DNA of 59,431 bases, filler included, from Xylographa opegraphella (lineage: Eukaryota), in NCBI GenBank assembly GCA_022813865.1. It is 10 parts of 10 records of this genome, joined end to end, with 100 filler letters (N's around TTAATTAATTAA, not from the genome) between each part and the next. Parts side by side here need not be neighbours in the genome. Positions count along the whole stretch, not along the records: positions 47,888 to 53,641 come from JALDZX010000229.1; positions 53,742 to 59,431 come from JALDZX010000230.1; 8 more parts are not named here. One strand, 5' to 3'. The notes under the pieces were generated by a model, which saw only the letters and a program-made list of their open reading frames with translations, searched no databases and was not told the DNA's origin. The position numbers and the translations under genes are program-made. Shown here piece after piece: positions 50,161-59,431 of the stretch. The first letter of the stretch is position 1. The number at the start of each line of letters is the position of its first letter.

Positions 50161-53100
50161 CTAGCTATGTCGAGATCCCATCCAGAACAGCAAGCTCCCA
50201 ATTACTACATTGATACCTAAATGTTGTCCCAGACTCCAGGCCATGCTGTATAAATATTTTGGTGAAAAGACCGTCCAAACAAATAGATGTGTTCGCAACG
50301 TCGTACACGCAAGCATTACGAAGAAGAGACTGCTTGCAGTGAAGGTTGTCTGCAATGCCACGTGTCTGGCGAGCAAGCTTTGTTTCTCTGCCGGGTTTAT
50401 CTGCAGGAGTAGTAGATTGCTCGCCGATGCCCACCATATGGGACCTGCCCAATTGCCTACGAATGTTAGGATACCCACGGCAGCGATGTTGTATCCGCTC
50501 ATTCCATTGTATGCATTCGACAGATCGATGGAGGAGATAGCATTGGAACCACCGAAAGAGAAGAAAGCACTGTATTGGAAGATGATAGATGTCAGGGTAA
50601 TCTCATCAGATTTGAGATTTAGAGTTCTGAGCATCAGTAGCTCCACGTAGAAAAGAAGATATAGAGGAATGTTGGTCAACCTGGTTTGAGTTACCAAGAA
50701 AAGGCTCGTGAGATCGTGTAATGACCATGCAATATCTATTGCTATTAGCTACAGGAAACGTTCTGCCTACGTCTCAGGTCACTTGCCCTTAGCTGATGTC
50801 TTGGAGTATTGGTTTAGCTTGATGCTTTGGTACACATTGTATACCACAGAAATTGTTAAGCCCAGATGGACTATTCTTACTGAAGATATTAAATGAGTTC
50901 CATCAAAAGTCTTCCAGATGTATTTTGGAACTCCGGCTAGAAGTTCAGGCGCATCATTAATGGTGAACGCAACCTTGAATGCAAACGTCGATAGGCATAG
51001 AACAATCGATGCACAACCAGCCATTCGGCCTGGAGCACCTGGAAGGGCGGACAATGCCAAGCGACGAGACAAGTCCAAGAACGTTACTGCCACAGCAACC
51101 CACAGCAATATATTGTGAGCAGGTAAGAAAGTCTTAGCAATATCTGGCTGACCAGCATGCTTCTGACCAGTTTGATTCCATCGACGGAGAACCCGGTGAA
51201 TCGCGAGCAACACTAGTAAGTAGAGAGTTCGGTAAAACGGAGTTGCTGTGCTCAATAGTGGACTAGACAACAGCATTCAGCAATGGCTCTTGAACCTCTT
51301 CAAGAGAATTGTGCGCACAACTTCAAATACAGTATAATTAGCCATCCAGAAGCTATCCAATACCAGAAGTATTGCTCCTCTTCGACGTAACTGCTCGCGA
51401 ACATCATGCTACCGTAATTCAAGATAAGGACACAAGCCCAGAAATTCCCTGTACTGGGATTTAGGGCTACAAGAGCTGTAACAGCACAACAAGCAGTCAG
51501 CGCTGCCGTCGCAATACCCAGCTGGAGTTTTAACATGTCGTAGTTGCCGGCAGTACTGCTCAAGACATTCTGGGCGACTTGTGAAAACTACGTAATCAGT
51601 ACATAAATTGCACACATATGCTTAGCATACCTCTGTCAATGCGGAAAGCTGTTCCTCGGCACTAGCGTTCTCATCATCCTCTAAGGCTTTGATTATAGCC
51701 CACAGACACTGTAATTGCTCCGCATCCGAAGCTGGCTCTGCGCACCTCGTCCAGTTCACAATACCATCAAAAGCTATCTCACTGAAGGCCGCTCGCACTA
51801 TGCGTAGAATCTGCCGTGCATTTCTTGTCATGAGAACTACACTTTCTGCTGATTTCAATGTCAGCATCCTTTATTGATAAAAAACTCAAATGGCGCCGAA
51901 CCTTTCGACCAAAACCGGAGGAATTCCGGAATGAATATGCCCAGACTGTTTAACGGAATTGGAAATCCCAACAGGCCGGCGAGGGTTGCAGCAACATCGG
52001 TCTGCTGAACGACATTGTAATATTGATAGGCTGTTTTCGGGGACTCGAGAGGGCAAAGGGTACCTAGGGAGATGCTTTCTAGTTTTGGGGACATGAACAC
52101 TAGTGCAGGGGAAGTCTCCCCATGCGCAGATCCTCCATGATTTCCAGCATCATTCATTCCATGATCTCCACACAGCACAAGCAAAGTAGATTTGAGATGG
52201 TCCTTTGTTTGCAAGGCTTGGTATATTTCCTTCACTATAGAGTCCATTTCATGATGTTTGGGGATCATGTGGGGACTTCTCGTATCAGCTCACTTGCAAC
52301 ATAACTCCAGGCACTGAAGAGTACCTTTGGGGCCCCGACTTGTGGCCAATGTGATCCAACCCAAGGTAATGTATGATCATGCCATTCCAGTCGCCTTGGT
52401 CGAGCTCAAAAGGTACATGTCTTGTCACGTTTTGGTCCACTTCTGTAAAATCCTAGGGTGGAATTTTCAGCTTCAACAGCTAGTATATAGTATACATATA
52501 TGTCAGACGGAAGCACTGACCGAGACAAAAAAACTCGTTGTGCCGTCGCTACGAAAAAACGTATCAGGAAACAATTTTAGCCAAGTGTCGTCCCCGTACA
52601 TGACCAGGTTTCCTCCGGGTTTGGCCTTTAGTTGGGAAGGCCAGGTATCTTGCATTGCTAGTGTAGAGGATGTATCTGACTCTGCGAAGTTCAAGATCAC
52701 ATCAAGAAACGAAGGTACAGAACCTGTTGTAATAGCCTTGATACGAGGCAATGTTATTGTTGGAGCCGCGGCGTGGGCAGTAAATGGGATGGCAGCACCG
52801 CTCCTTATTAGGCTATAATATATATGAAGTTAGATGTACTCGGAAAATGCTGATAGTAGAATGCATACCTTTGTGTGAAGTCAAATCCAGACTGTGTGGA
52901 ATAGACGAAGTCACTGCGTCCACTGAGTATTAGCGGCTTGGGAGTGATCGGGATGGACTCTACCTGCGTAGGGCATCAACCAACATGAAGATAACCTTGT
53001 TGAATGGAGAGCTGGATACGGAATCGTCCTCGTCGCCATGATATTGAGCTCTGCCAGCAAGCAATGGCTTGTAAGGAAAGAAACCGGGGGTAAAAAGCCA

Positions 53101-53172
53101 TATGGCGGCTGGAATCAGGATATTAGCAATGACAAGCAAACAGACAGTGGCATTAGCGGGCATGGCGGGCAT
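50161..53172 (-). CDS. GPI7: GPI ethanolamine-phosphate transferase 2 (Gpi7/PIG-G), multi-exon
   Basis: FTPGFFPYKP, FNKVIFMLVDALR, PTITLPRIKAITTGSVPSFLD, HYLGLDHIGH, LCGDHGMNDAGNHGGS, RRWNQTGQK, GGSNAISSIDLSNAYNG and LRTHLFVWTVFSPKYLY. Confidence 0.93.
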
Positions 53173-53533
53173 GTATAATCTATAAGTATGGATCTTATTA
53201 CTTGTGCTCGGAGATGATCTGCATAGCTAGACATGCATTGTAACCATCGTACCTTAAGGTCAAGGGTCATAAGTCACCCCTGCCGCCTTAGGATTAATAG
53301 GTACGAAGTACGGAGCAGGTATCATGTACTTGGAAAGGATAGTGGCCCCGTATCTAGGGGGAGTCCACAGTCAGAGTCAGAACTAGGCCTAATACGGTTC
53401 TTTACATTATATATTTCGCACTATAACCTTAGCCATTTTAACACTTTTAATAATTATTTTTAATGTATCTTTTCGCTATATCGCGCTGTAATTTGTATGC
53501 AATTTATAAATAAATCTCTTTATTTATATATAT

Positions 53534-53641
53534 TGTTGAGAATAAAGTCCCGCCCTGCCTGCAGGATAGCGAAGGATACTGTTAAGGTTCTCACCTTCAC
53601 AGGGTAAGCTAGGCCCGGGAGGGGATAGCTTGGCCGGATCG
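53534..53641 (+). mobile_element. Family E-related LTR start interrupted at 53580 by an F-type LTR
   Basis: TGTTGAGAATAAAGTCCCGCCCTGCCTGCAGGATAGCGA resembles the family E start; TGTTAAGGTTC follows immediately. Confidence 0.65.
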
Positions 53642-53741
53642 NNNNNNNNNNNNNNNNNNNNNNNNNNNNNNNNNNNNNNNNNNNNTTAATTAATTAANNN
53701 NNNNNNNNNNNNNNNNNNNNNNNNNNNNNNNNNNNNNNNNN

Positions 53742-53802
53742 ATTGACGAATCCAACCCAGATCCCTAATCGAGCTATACTAGTGAGAGGCAGGATCGTAA
53801 CA
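53742..53802. mobile_element. LTR end fragment, family A
   Basis: Matches 1-60. Confidence 0.75.
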
Positions 53803-54689
53803 TTTACGTATAATCGATAAATATCGAAAACGTTATAATTACCCTTTTTTATTTTTTTTAACTTTATAATGGCCGCTTTTAATAACTCATTAATTTTATG
53901 TTTATTATATTTTCCTTAAAAAAGGCCTGGGCTTTAATAACTAAGTTTTATTATTTTCTACGATCGTTCGAAATTTATTTATAATTATAATAAAATATAC
54001 TAATTTTTTTATCAAAATCAATAATGATATTTAATATTACATAAAAATATACTGCCACGCTGGTGTTAAATAGTCGATTATATTTTTATTTTTAAAGATT
54101 ATTTTTGTTAATTATATTTATAAAACAAATTCGCTAATATAATTAAACGTTTTATTATTATATTTAATGTAAATCGAATTCCGTAATAAAGTTGATTTTA
54201 AATTATTAACGAGAATGTATTATTTTTATTATATTTAAACGTATTTAATTTTAATCGTAATTTTGAATTTAATAAATTCTGCAAAAACATTCATTTAAAA
54301 TTAAATAGAATTATATATGTATTAATTTTCGCTCGTAATATTTTATTCATATTGAATTTTATAAATAATAAAAATAATAACTTTTCCCCTGCGTTTATAT
54401 TAATACATAATATAATAATAAATAAATACCGATGTTTTGTGATTATTTATCGTAGTTATTAAAACTTTATCATTAATATTCAAATTTAAATAAAAACGTT
54501 ATTATAATATTCAAAGATAAAATTTTGTAAAATATATCAATTTAATAATAAATAAATAAAATTAACGTAATGAAAACGTAGTCGAGTTTATAATTTATTA
54601 AATATTAAAAATATAAAATGAATTTCATTGAAAATAAAAATATATTTAAAACGAAATTTTGAATATGTTTTATACTAATTATAAAGAGA

Positions 54690-54839
54690 AATTCGAAACG
54701 AAATTAAAGAATAAAGAAAACCCGCAGGGTTTTCGTTTATTTTTCAAGAACTTTTATCCCAGGGTAATTATACTCGCCTCGAGTGCCTCTTTCGTGAGTA
54801 CCCCTTGAGATCTCGAGTTTATAAACTTTTGTTCCAACA
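54690..54839 (-). mobile_element. Mutated relic of family G LTR
   Basis: Reverse complement (TGTTGGAA...CTCGAG...GGCGAGT...CCCTGCGGG) is colinear with 47379-47535, with mainly transition changes. Confidence 0.65.
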
Positions 54840-56095
54840 TGTATTATATAAATTTTAAGTATAATATAATTTTATATATTTATGCGACTGAATTAACTCA
54901 GTTCAATTTACAAAAAATTCAACTCAGGGTGAATTAAATTTTTCACTCAATAATTCAGCTCGATTCAATTCATATCGCAACATAATTCTGCTCAAAATGT
55001 AATTCGCTCGCAAACTGCGTATATATTGCGTTTTACGCATTTTAAATCGCGATTCGTAATTAAACTCTCGTTTAAAACTGATTAATTATTAATTTATTAC
55101 GCTTTATATCGTTAATATAAATTTTAATATAATTTATGCGAGTAAGAAAATTTCAAATGAATTTAAAGAAAACTCTCGCGAAAATAATACGCGAGTTTAT
55201 TATAAATTTTATTATAAATTTTATGTAATCTACGCAATTTATATAAATGGTAAAAATTTTCGCGAAAATCTTCGTATTTTAATATTTGTAATAATGCAGA
55301 TTTGCGACCCTTGATTAAAATTTTAAAAATTTTGAATACTTTGTTAAATTCTCGAGTTTATAACTTTATAGTTTTAAAACTCGAAAAAATCAAAAAGTTT
55401 CAAATGCGCGAGTATCGTTTATTTTGTATAAAAATCGTACGAATTGTATTTTACGAAAAAATAATTATAATTTTTTATAATTTTTTAATAATTTATTTTA
55501 CGTAATTATTTATTAAAAAAAATTATTAACACGAATTATTATATTTCATTTTTATTAACATAATTTTTATTAATTTTTTTTATAAATAATGATATTTTTG
55601 TAATTATTAATTTTTTTTATAATTATTTATTTTTTAAAATTATAATTATTCAAGTTTTTTATCACAATTTTATTTTAAGTTTTAAATTTATTAATTATAT
55701 AAAAAACGCTGAAATTTATAATTTAATCGAATTTAAAAAGTTTATCAATTTCTTTTTAAAACGAAAATTTCGATAAAATTATTATTAAAATCGAAATCGA
55801 AATCGAAATTCGTTAATTTATCGTTATTCAATTAATTTTCAATATTATATTTATTCATAAATTCTTTTGTTTTTAAAATAATTATATTTCAAAAGTTTTT
55901 ATCACATTATTTAAACTATATTTACAAAAGAAAAAAATACTCATTATTTTATACTTAAACGAAATTGCATTTCGCTGACAGCCCTCGTTAAATGAGGAAA
56001 ACTGAGGACTTTTTAAGTACTATATGCATGCATCAAAGACTATTCGACATTTGATGCCGCGGAGTATTTGCTCAACCAGTTGTATCTATTGATAC

Positions 56096-57525
56096 TCAAA
56101 GAAAAACCTTCGTTGCATCGCGCGGATGTGATTCCCCAGGACAGTACGGACACTTAAACCTACCGCATTTGCTCAACCTCAATAATGACTCGTGGGCAAT
56201 GACATGACCGCATGGCATCATCATGGGAGGATTGAGATCGGTTGTCTGTTCCTTCGAGACCGGGCATACGAATATCGAATGGAACTGGTATGATGGTGGT
56301 AGCGGTATCTCGACCTTTTCACGATCAGCCTCGTGGCTGAGATTAAACTTGATACTTCACTTACTGGAAGTTCATGCTGGGTCGTCCATTCAGTATGTTT
56401 CTCTTTTATGATGGTTTGCAATTTCAAAAGTGTGGGCAGAGCAATCGCGCCCGCCGTGGACGCGATGTAGAGGGGAGAATCTGCCGATAGTCCAAGTAAA
56501 GAACAGAACTCCCTGGTAAAGGACGTGGCTAGGTTTTCCCAGCCTTCGTCGTTATGGAATATATGTCGATATGGAGACTCCATCAGATTTGGGCAGAAGG
56601 CCATGGCTCCCATCAATTGTTGTATTTCCCGTAAATATCTGCCCTGAAAGTTCCCAAATTCCTCTCGAGCGTATGTAAGGGCTGCCTGTTGGCCCTCCAT
56701 TGAATTCAAATGATCGCCTCCAAAAGGCCCTCCTGTGAAAAGCCAGACGAACTGCAACACCCCTAACTCAAACTCGAGATTGCTACCACGTGCTTCAAGG
56801 CTAGTGCTATTGAATCTAGCCCACGTCATAGCTGGTAGAAGGTTTTTCTTATTTCTCATTTCGTCGAGGATATAGTACATGTCGGCAAATTGCTTCCGAA
56901 GTCCTTCGGAACTTAACGTGTCCATTCCCACACCTGCTGCTCTAAGATGTTCAAGTCTTGCCTTTTGCATGGATACTGAAGTTTGAAGCGGGTTGGATGA
57001 GGCTTCAGTAAGAAAGGCAGAAGCAACAGAGAATTGTCCCTCTCGCAGGAGGTGCATACCAATAGCTCGATTTATCAGTGAAGGCTGGGACGAAAGAGCG
57101 TCGTAATTGGTCGTCGGAAGAGGTTTCCCTTTAAATTTCTATCCTCGATATGTCAGAAAGTGTAATCCTTTCCAAGAGTGGTAACAATTCTGACCTTGTC
57201 TAAGGCCTTAGACCACAAGCCTAAACCCTTATAGACTTCTCCTAGATCATTTTTGACAACATCGAATGATGCTTTCACTGGATTCTGAAGCTTGGCCAGC
57301 GTGATCGGAGCAGATGATGGATCTGTAAGTAAGCAGTATCGTTAGAACTATCCCAAGAGAGCCGCTATATAAAGAATTCGATATGACCATTGCCAATCGC
57401 TTACTGTCACTTATCGAGTTTCGCGCTTTTATGAGTATATCGATTGTTTGTTGCACATCTTGCAGACCTTTAGAGAGAGGAGCTCTCTTTGATAACTTCT
57501 CATGCTCATCCAGCAGTGAATCCAT
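56096..57525 (-). CDS. RMD5: GID/CTLH complex RING subunit Rmd5/Gid2 (4 exons)
   Basis: Lis[39 protein letters not shown] and [50 protein letters not shown]...FKCPYCP. Confidence 0.93.
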
Positions 57526-58463
57526 CTTGGTGGCCACAGAGTGAGCAGCGCTGGCGTGGAGAATAAGAGGGGATTCTATTGGAGTATGTTTGTTCGTTCG
57601 ATGGAGCTTTGAATATCTTGATGGGCTACCGATAGTTCTTGCAGTCCTTTGACGAACCCTCAAAAAGCAAGATCAGGGTCCGAGAGACTGCTAAGATCAA
57701 AGACATTATTTGATACGGGTTAAATCTCAAAGATAGGGAAGGCGTGATACCTGCGTTTGAAATTCTATGTCAATTTACTTTAAATAGTCGTCTCCGTGAC
57801 CGGGTAACGGGCCACTGTAGGAATTGTGCTTATGGAATGGGTCACGTGGTCACGCTAGCGGTTTGTATATAATATAGCTTCGTAGTGGAATAAAAAATTT
57901 GATTTATATAACAAAATTATACATATTTCGCAGTAATATTTTATAGTAAAAACGAAAAACAATTATTAAATAAATGAAAAATTATATAAAGATATTTTAA
58001 ACATGATTGAAATACTCAAATTTACTTTTTTTATTTAAACATATTTTCATTATATATATTTTGATCAAAGATATTTTTATCGTATTATTTCGTCGTCGCT
58101 GCCTCGCTGTCGTTATTTTATTATCGTTATCGTTCATTAGCGAAAAAAGTTCTGGCTTAAAATTTAAAGTTTTACGAGTCGCTTTTTTTTCTATATTTTT
58201 GCGCATTTAATATATTTAACACGTTTAGCAAAAATTTTAACTTTTAACATTTTGTTAAATATTTTTTAAAAACATAATTAAAAATAAATAAAAATAAAAT
58301 TCAACTATAATGTTATAAATTAATGAATATTATTCGTAAATATTCGTTAACGCTGTGATTTTATGAATATTTAATATAATATAAAATTTTTAACGAATTT
58401 AAATTTTTACGTAAAACTAATTTAATTACGTATTTATATTATTTATATAAATATAGTGGAAAA

Positions 58464-59431
58464 TGTTAGAAATAGAGTCCCGGCCTGCCTGTAGGATAGC
58501 GAGAGCTCGGGCCGCCGTAGGCCCGGTGACGCTAGTGCGCGAGCATATAGTCTCGTAGTTGTTCATAGCTAATACAACACACTTGTTTACCCATATATTC
58601 TGCTAGAATGACCACTGCGCTTCAGTACCCATCGTACCTTTCAACAGGTTATGAGCCCGGGTTAGCCACAGACTTGATTGTCACCAGACTTTACTGTCAA
58701 CCGACCTAACCGTCAACCTCGATATTTGACCTCTTCGCTGAGCCAGTCAAATTCCTACCTTCATAGACCATCGAGTCGATCAGAGCATTCAAGTAGAATA
58801 TAGCTACGAAAGCTACTATACGCAGATCTAACGATCAACCTGTATAGGCACTGAAATAGCCTTATTCCAGATCTATCGCACGATTATCCATGGAGTCCCA
58901 TGCTTCCTCTGGAAGCCCTTTCAAAAGTTCATCATCAACACAGAAGAATCAGCATCAATGCCGACGATGCAGCAAGTACTTTACATCAAAGAAGCTTCTG
59001 CTTGACCACGTACGCACCAGACCTCGCTGCACCAGAGACAAAGCATTTATCAGTGAGCAACGAGCAAAAGCAGACAGTACAGCAACACGTCCCATTTCGC
59101 GTCGATTATTGCCAACCAAATCATCCAAGGCTTCAACACATACGACATCAATAACACCTGTGTTTACGCACCTTCAAAACACTACTTCGTCAACAGCCCA
59201 AAATGACAGCAATGATCACTCTTCCTCGTCGTCTTCCTACGAATCAGATTCAGACACCACCTCTTCCTCTTCCTCTGGAGTACCTATTAATACAGAGACA
59301 TCGACATCAATTCAACAAGAGGAATCCTACGATTCTGAAGTACATCAACCACAAGACGACACCAACGATGAACACGACAGCAGCAGAAACTTCTCACCCG
59401 ACGTTAGCAGTAACAGCGATTCCTACGATTC
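58464..59431 (+). mobile_element. 5' end of an unmutated copia-type LTR element, family E (LTR 58464-58646, PBS 58647-58658)
   Basis: 183-bp TG...CA LTR directly followed by GGTTATGAGCCC; internal sequence of normal GC content. Confidence 0.88.
58890..59431 (+). CDS. Element-internal ORF, open to window end: N-terminal C2H2/C2HC-type zinc finger plus Ser/Thr/Asp-rich tract
   Basis: Manual translation of 180 stop-free codons: MESHASSGSPFKSSSSTQKNQHQCRRCSKYFTSKKLLLDHVRTRPRCTRDK...SSSSSSYESDSD...; not in the ORF track, presumably because no stop is reached. Confidence 0.7.
   Translation, partial: MESHASSGSPFKSSSSTQKNQHQCRRCSKYFTSKKLLLDHVRTRPRCTRDKAFISEQRAKADSTATRPISRRLLPTKSSKASTHTTSITPVFTHLQNTTSSTAQNDSNDHSSSSSSYESDSDTTSSSSSGVPINTETSTSIQQEESYDSEVHQPQDDTNDEHDSSRNFSPDVSSNSDSYD

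Noticed and set aside
5957..53741. TTAATTAATTAA recurring every ~5.9 kb as a periodic genomic signal
   Set aside because: Always centred in exactly 44+44 N; a synthetic six-frame-stop linker.
2101..57525. Functional gene cluster (e.g. mannosidase with GPI transferase, or the mitochondrial genes)
   Set aside because: The genes lie on separate size-sorted contigs and are ordinary housekeeping genes.
55302..58210. Short Ile/Lys/Asn/Phe-rich ORFs in AT-rich DNA (also 5677, 29910, 36126, 42194)
   Set aside because: Chance frames in eroded repeats or microsatellites.
4687..58646. Recurrent identical 60-190 bp repeats as a CRISPR-like or novel array
   Set aside because: They are dispersed, TG/CA-bounded, several have 5-bp TSDs and one is attached to a PBS. 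These are solo LTRs in a eukaryote, with no repeat-spacer periodicity.

Overview
This is filamentous-ascomycete (Pezizomycotina-type) nuclear DNA, and it is not one locus. Ten unlinked contigs of strictly decreasing length (5956, 5937, 5928, 5927, 5898, 5832, 5819, 5790, 5754, 5690 bp) are joined by identical 100-nt spacers (44 N + TTAATTAATTAA + 44 N), so nothing can be inferred from adjacency across them. Most contigs are a 1-3 gene island embedded in very AT-rich, RIP-like degenerated repeat DNA studded with near-identical 180-190 bp solo LTRs of about seven families. Recognisable intron-containing genes: CSR1-like CRAL-TRIO protein, a conserved unknown protein, ataxin-10/Ctr86-like, a partial CHY zinc finger gene, Tim44-like Mba1/mL45, an SSS-family transporter, condensin BRN1, COQ4, PDCD5-like, SEC2, AMS1, RMP1, GPI7 and RMD5. 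One contig is a partly RIP-inactivated Ty1/copia element. The best finding is a complete TPP riboswitch in the 474-nt third intron of the SSS transporter. It has a visible 13-bp long-range helix to the 5' splice-site region that competes with P1, which marks the gene as a likely thiamine transporter of the NCU01977/DUR31 type; this is a known class, not a new one. Also notable: an unmutated copia-type LTR element whose first ORF (absent from the ORF track) starts with a classical-type zinc finger rather than Gag, a mutation spectrum that spares CpG, and an LTR family with a fixed non-canonical TA terminus. Gene names come from motif recognition by eye; no searches were run.
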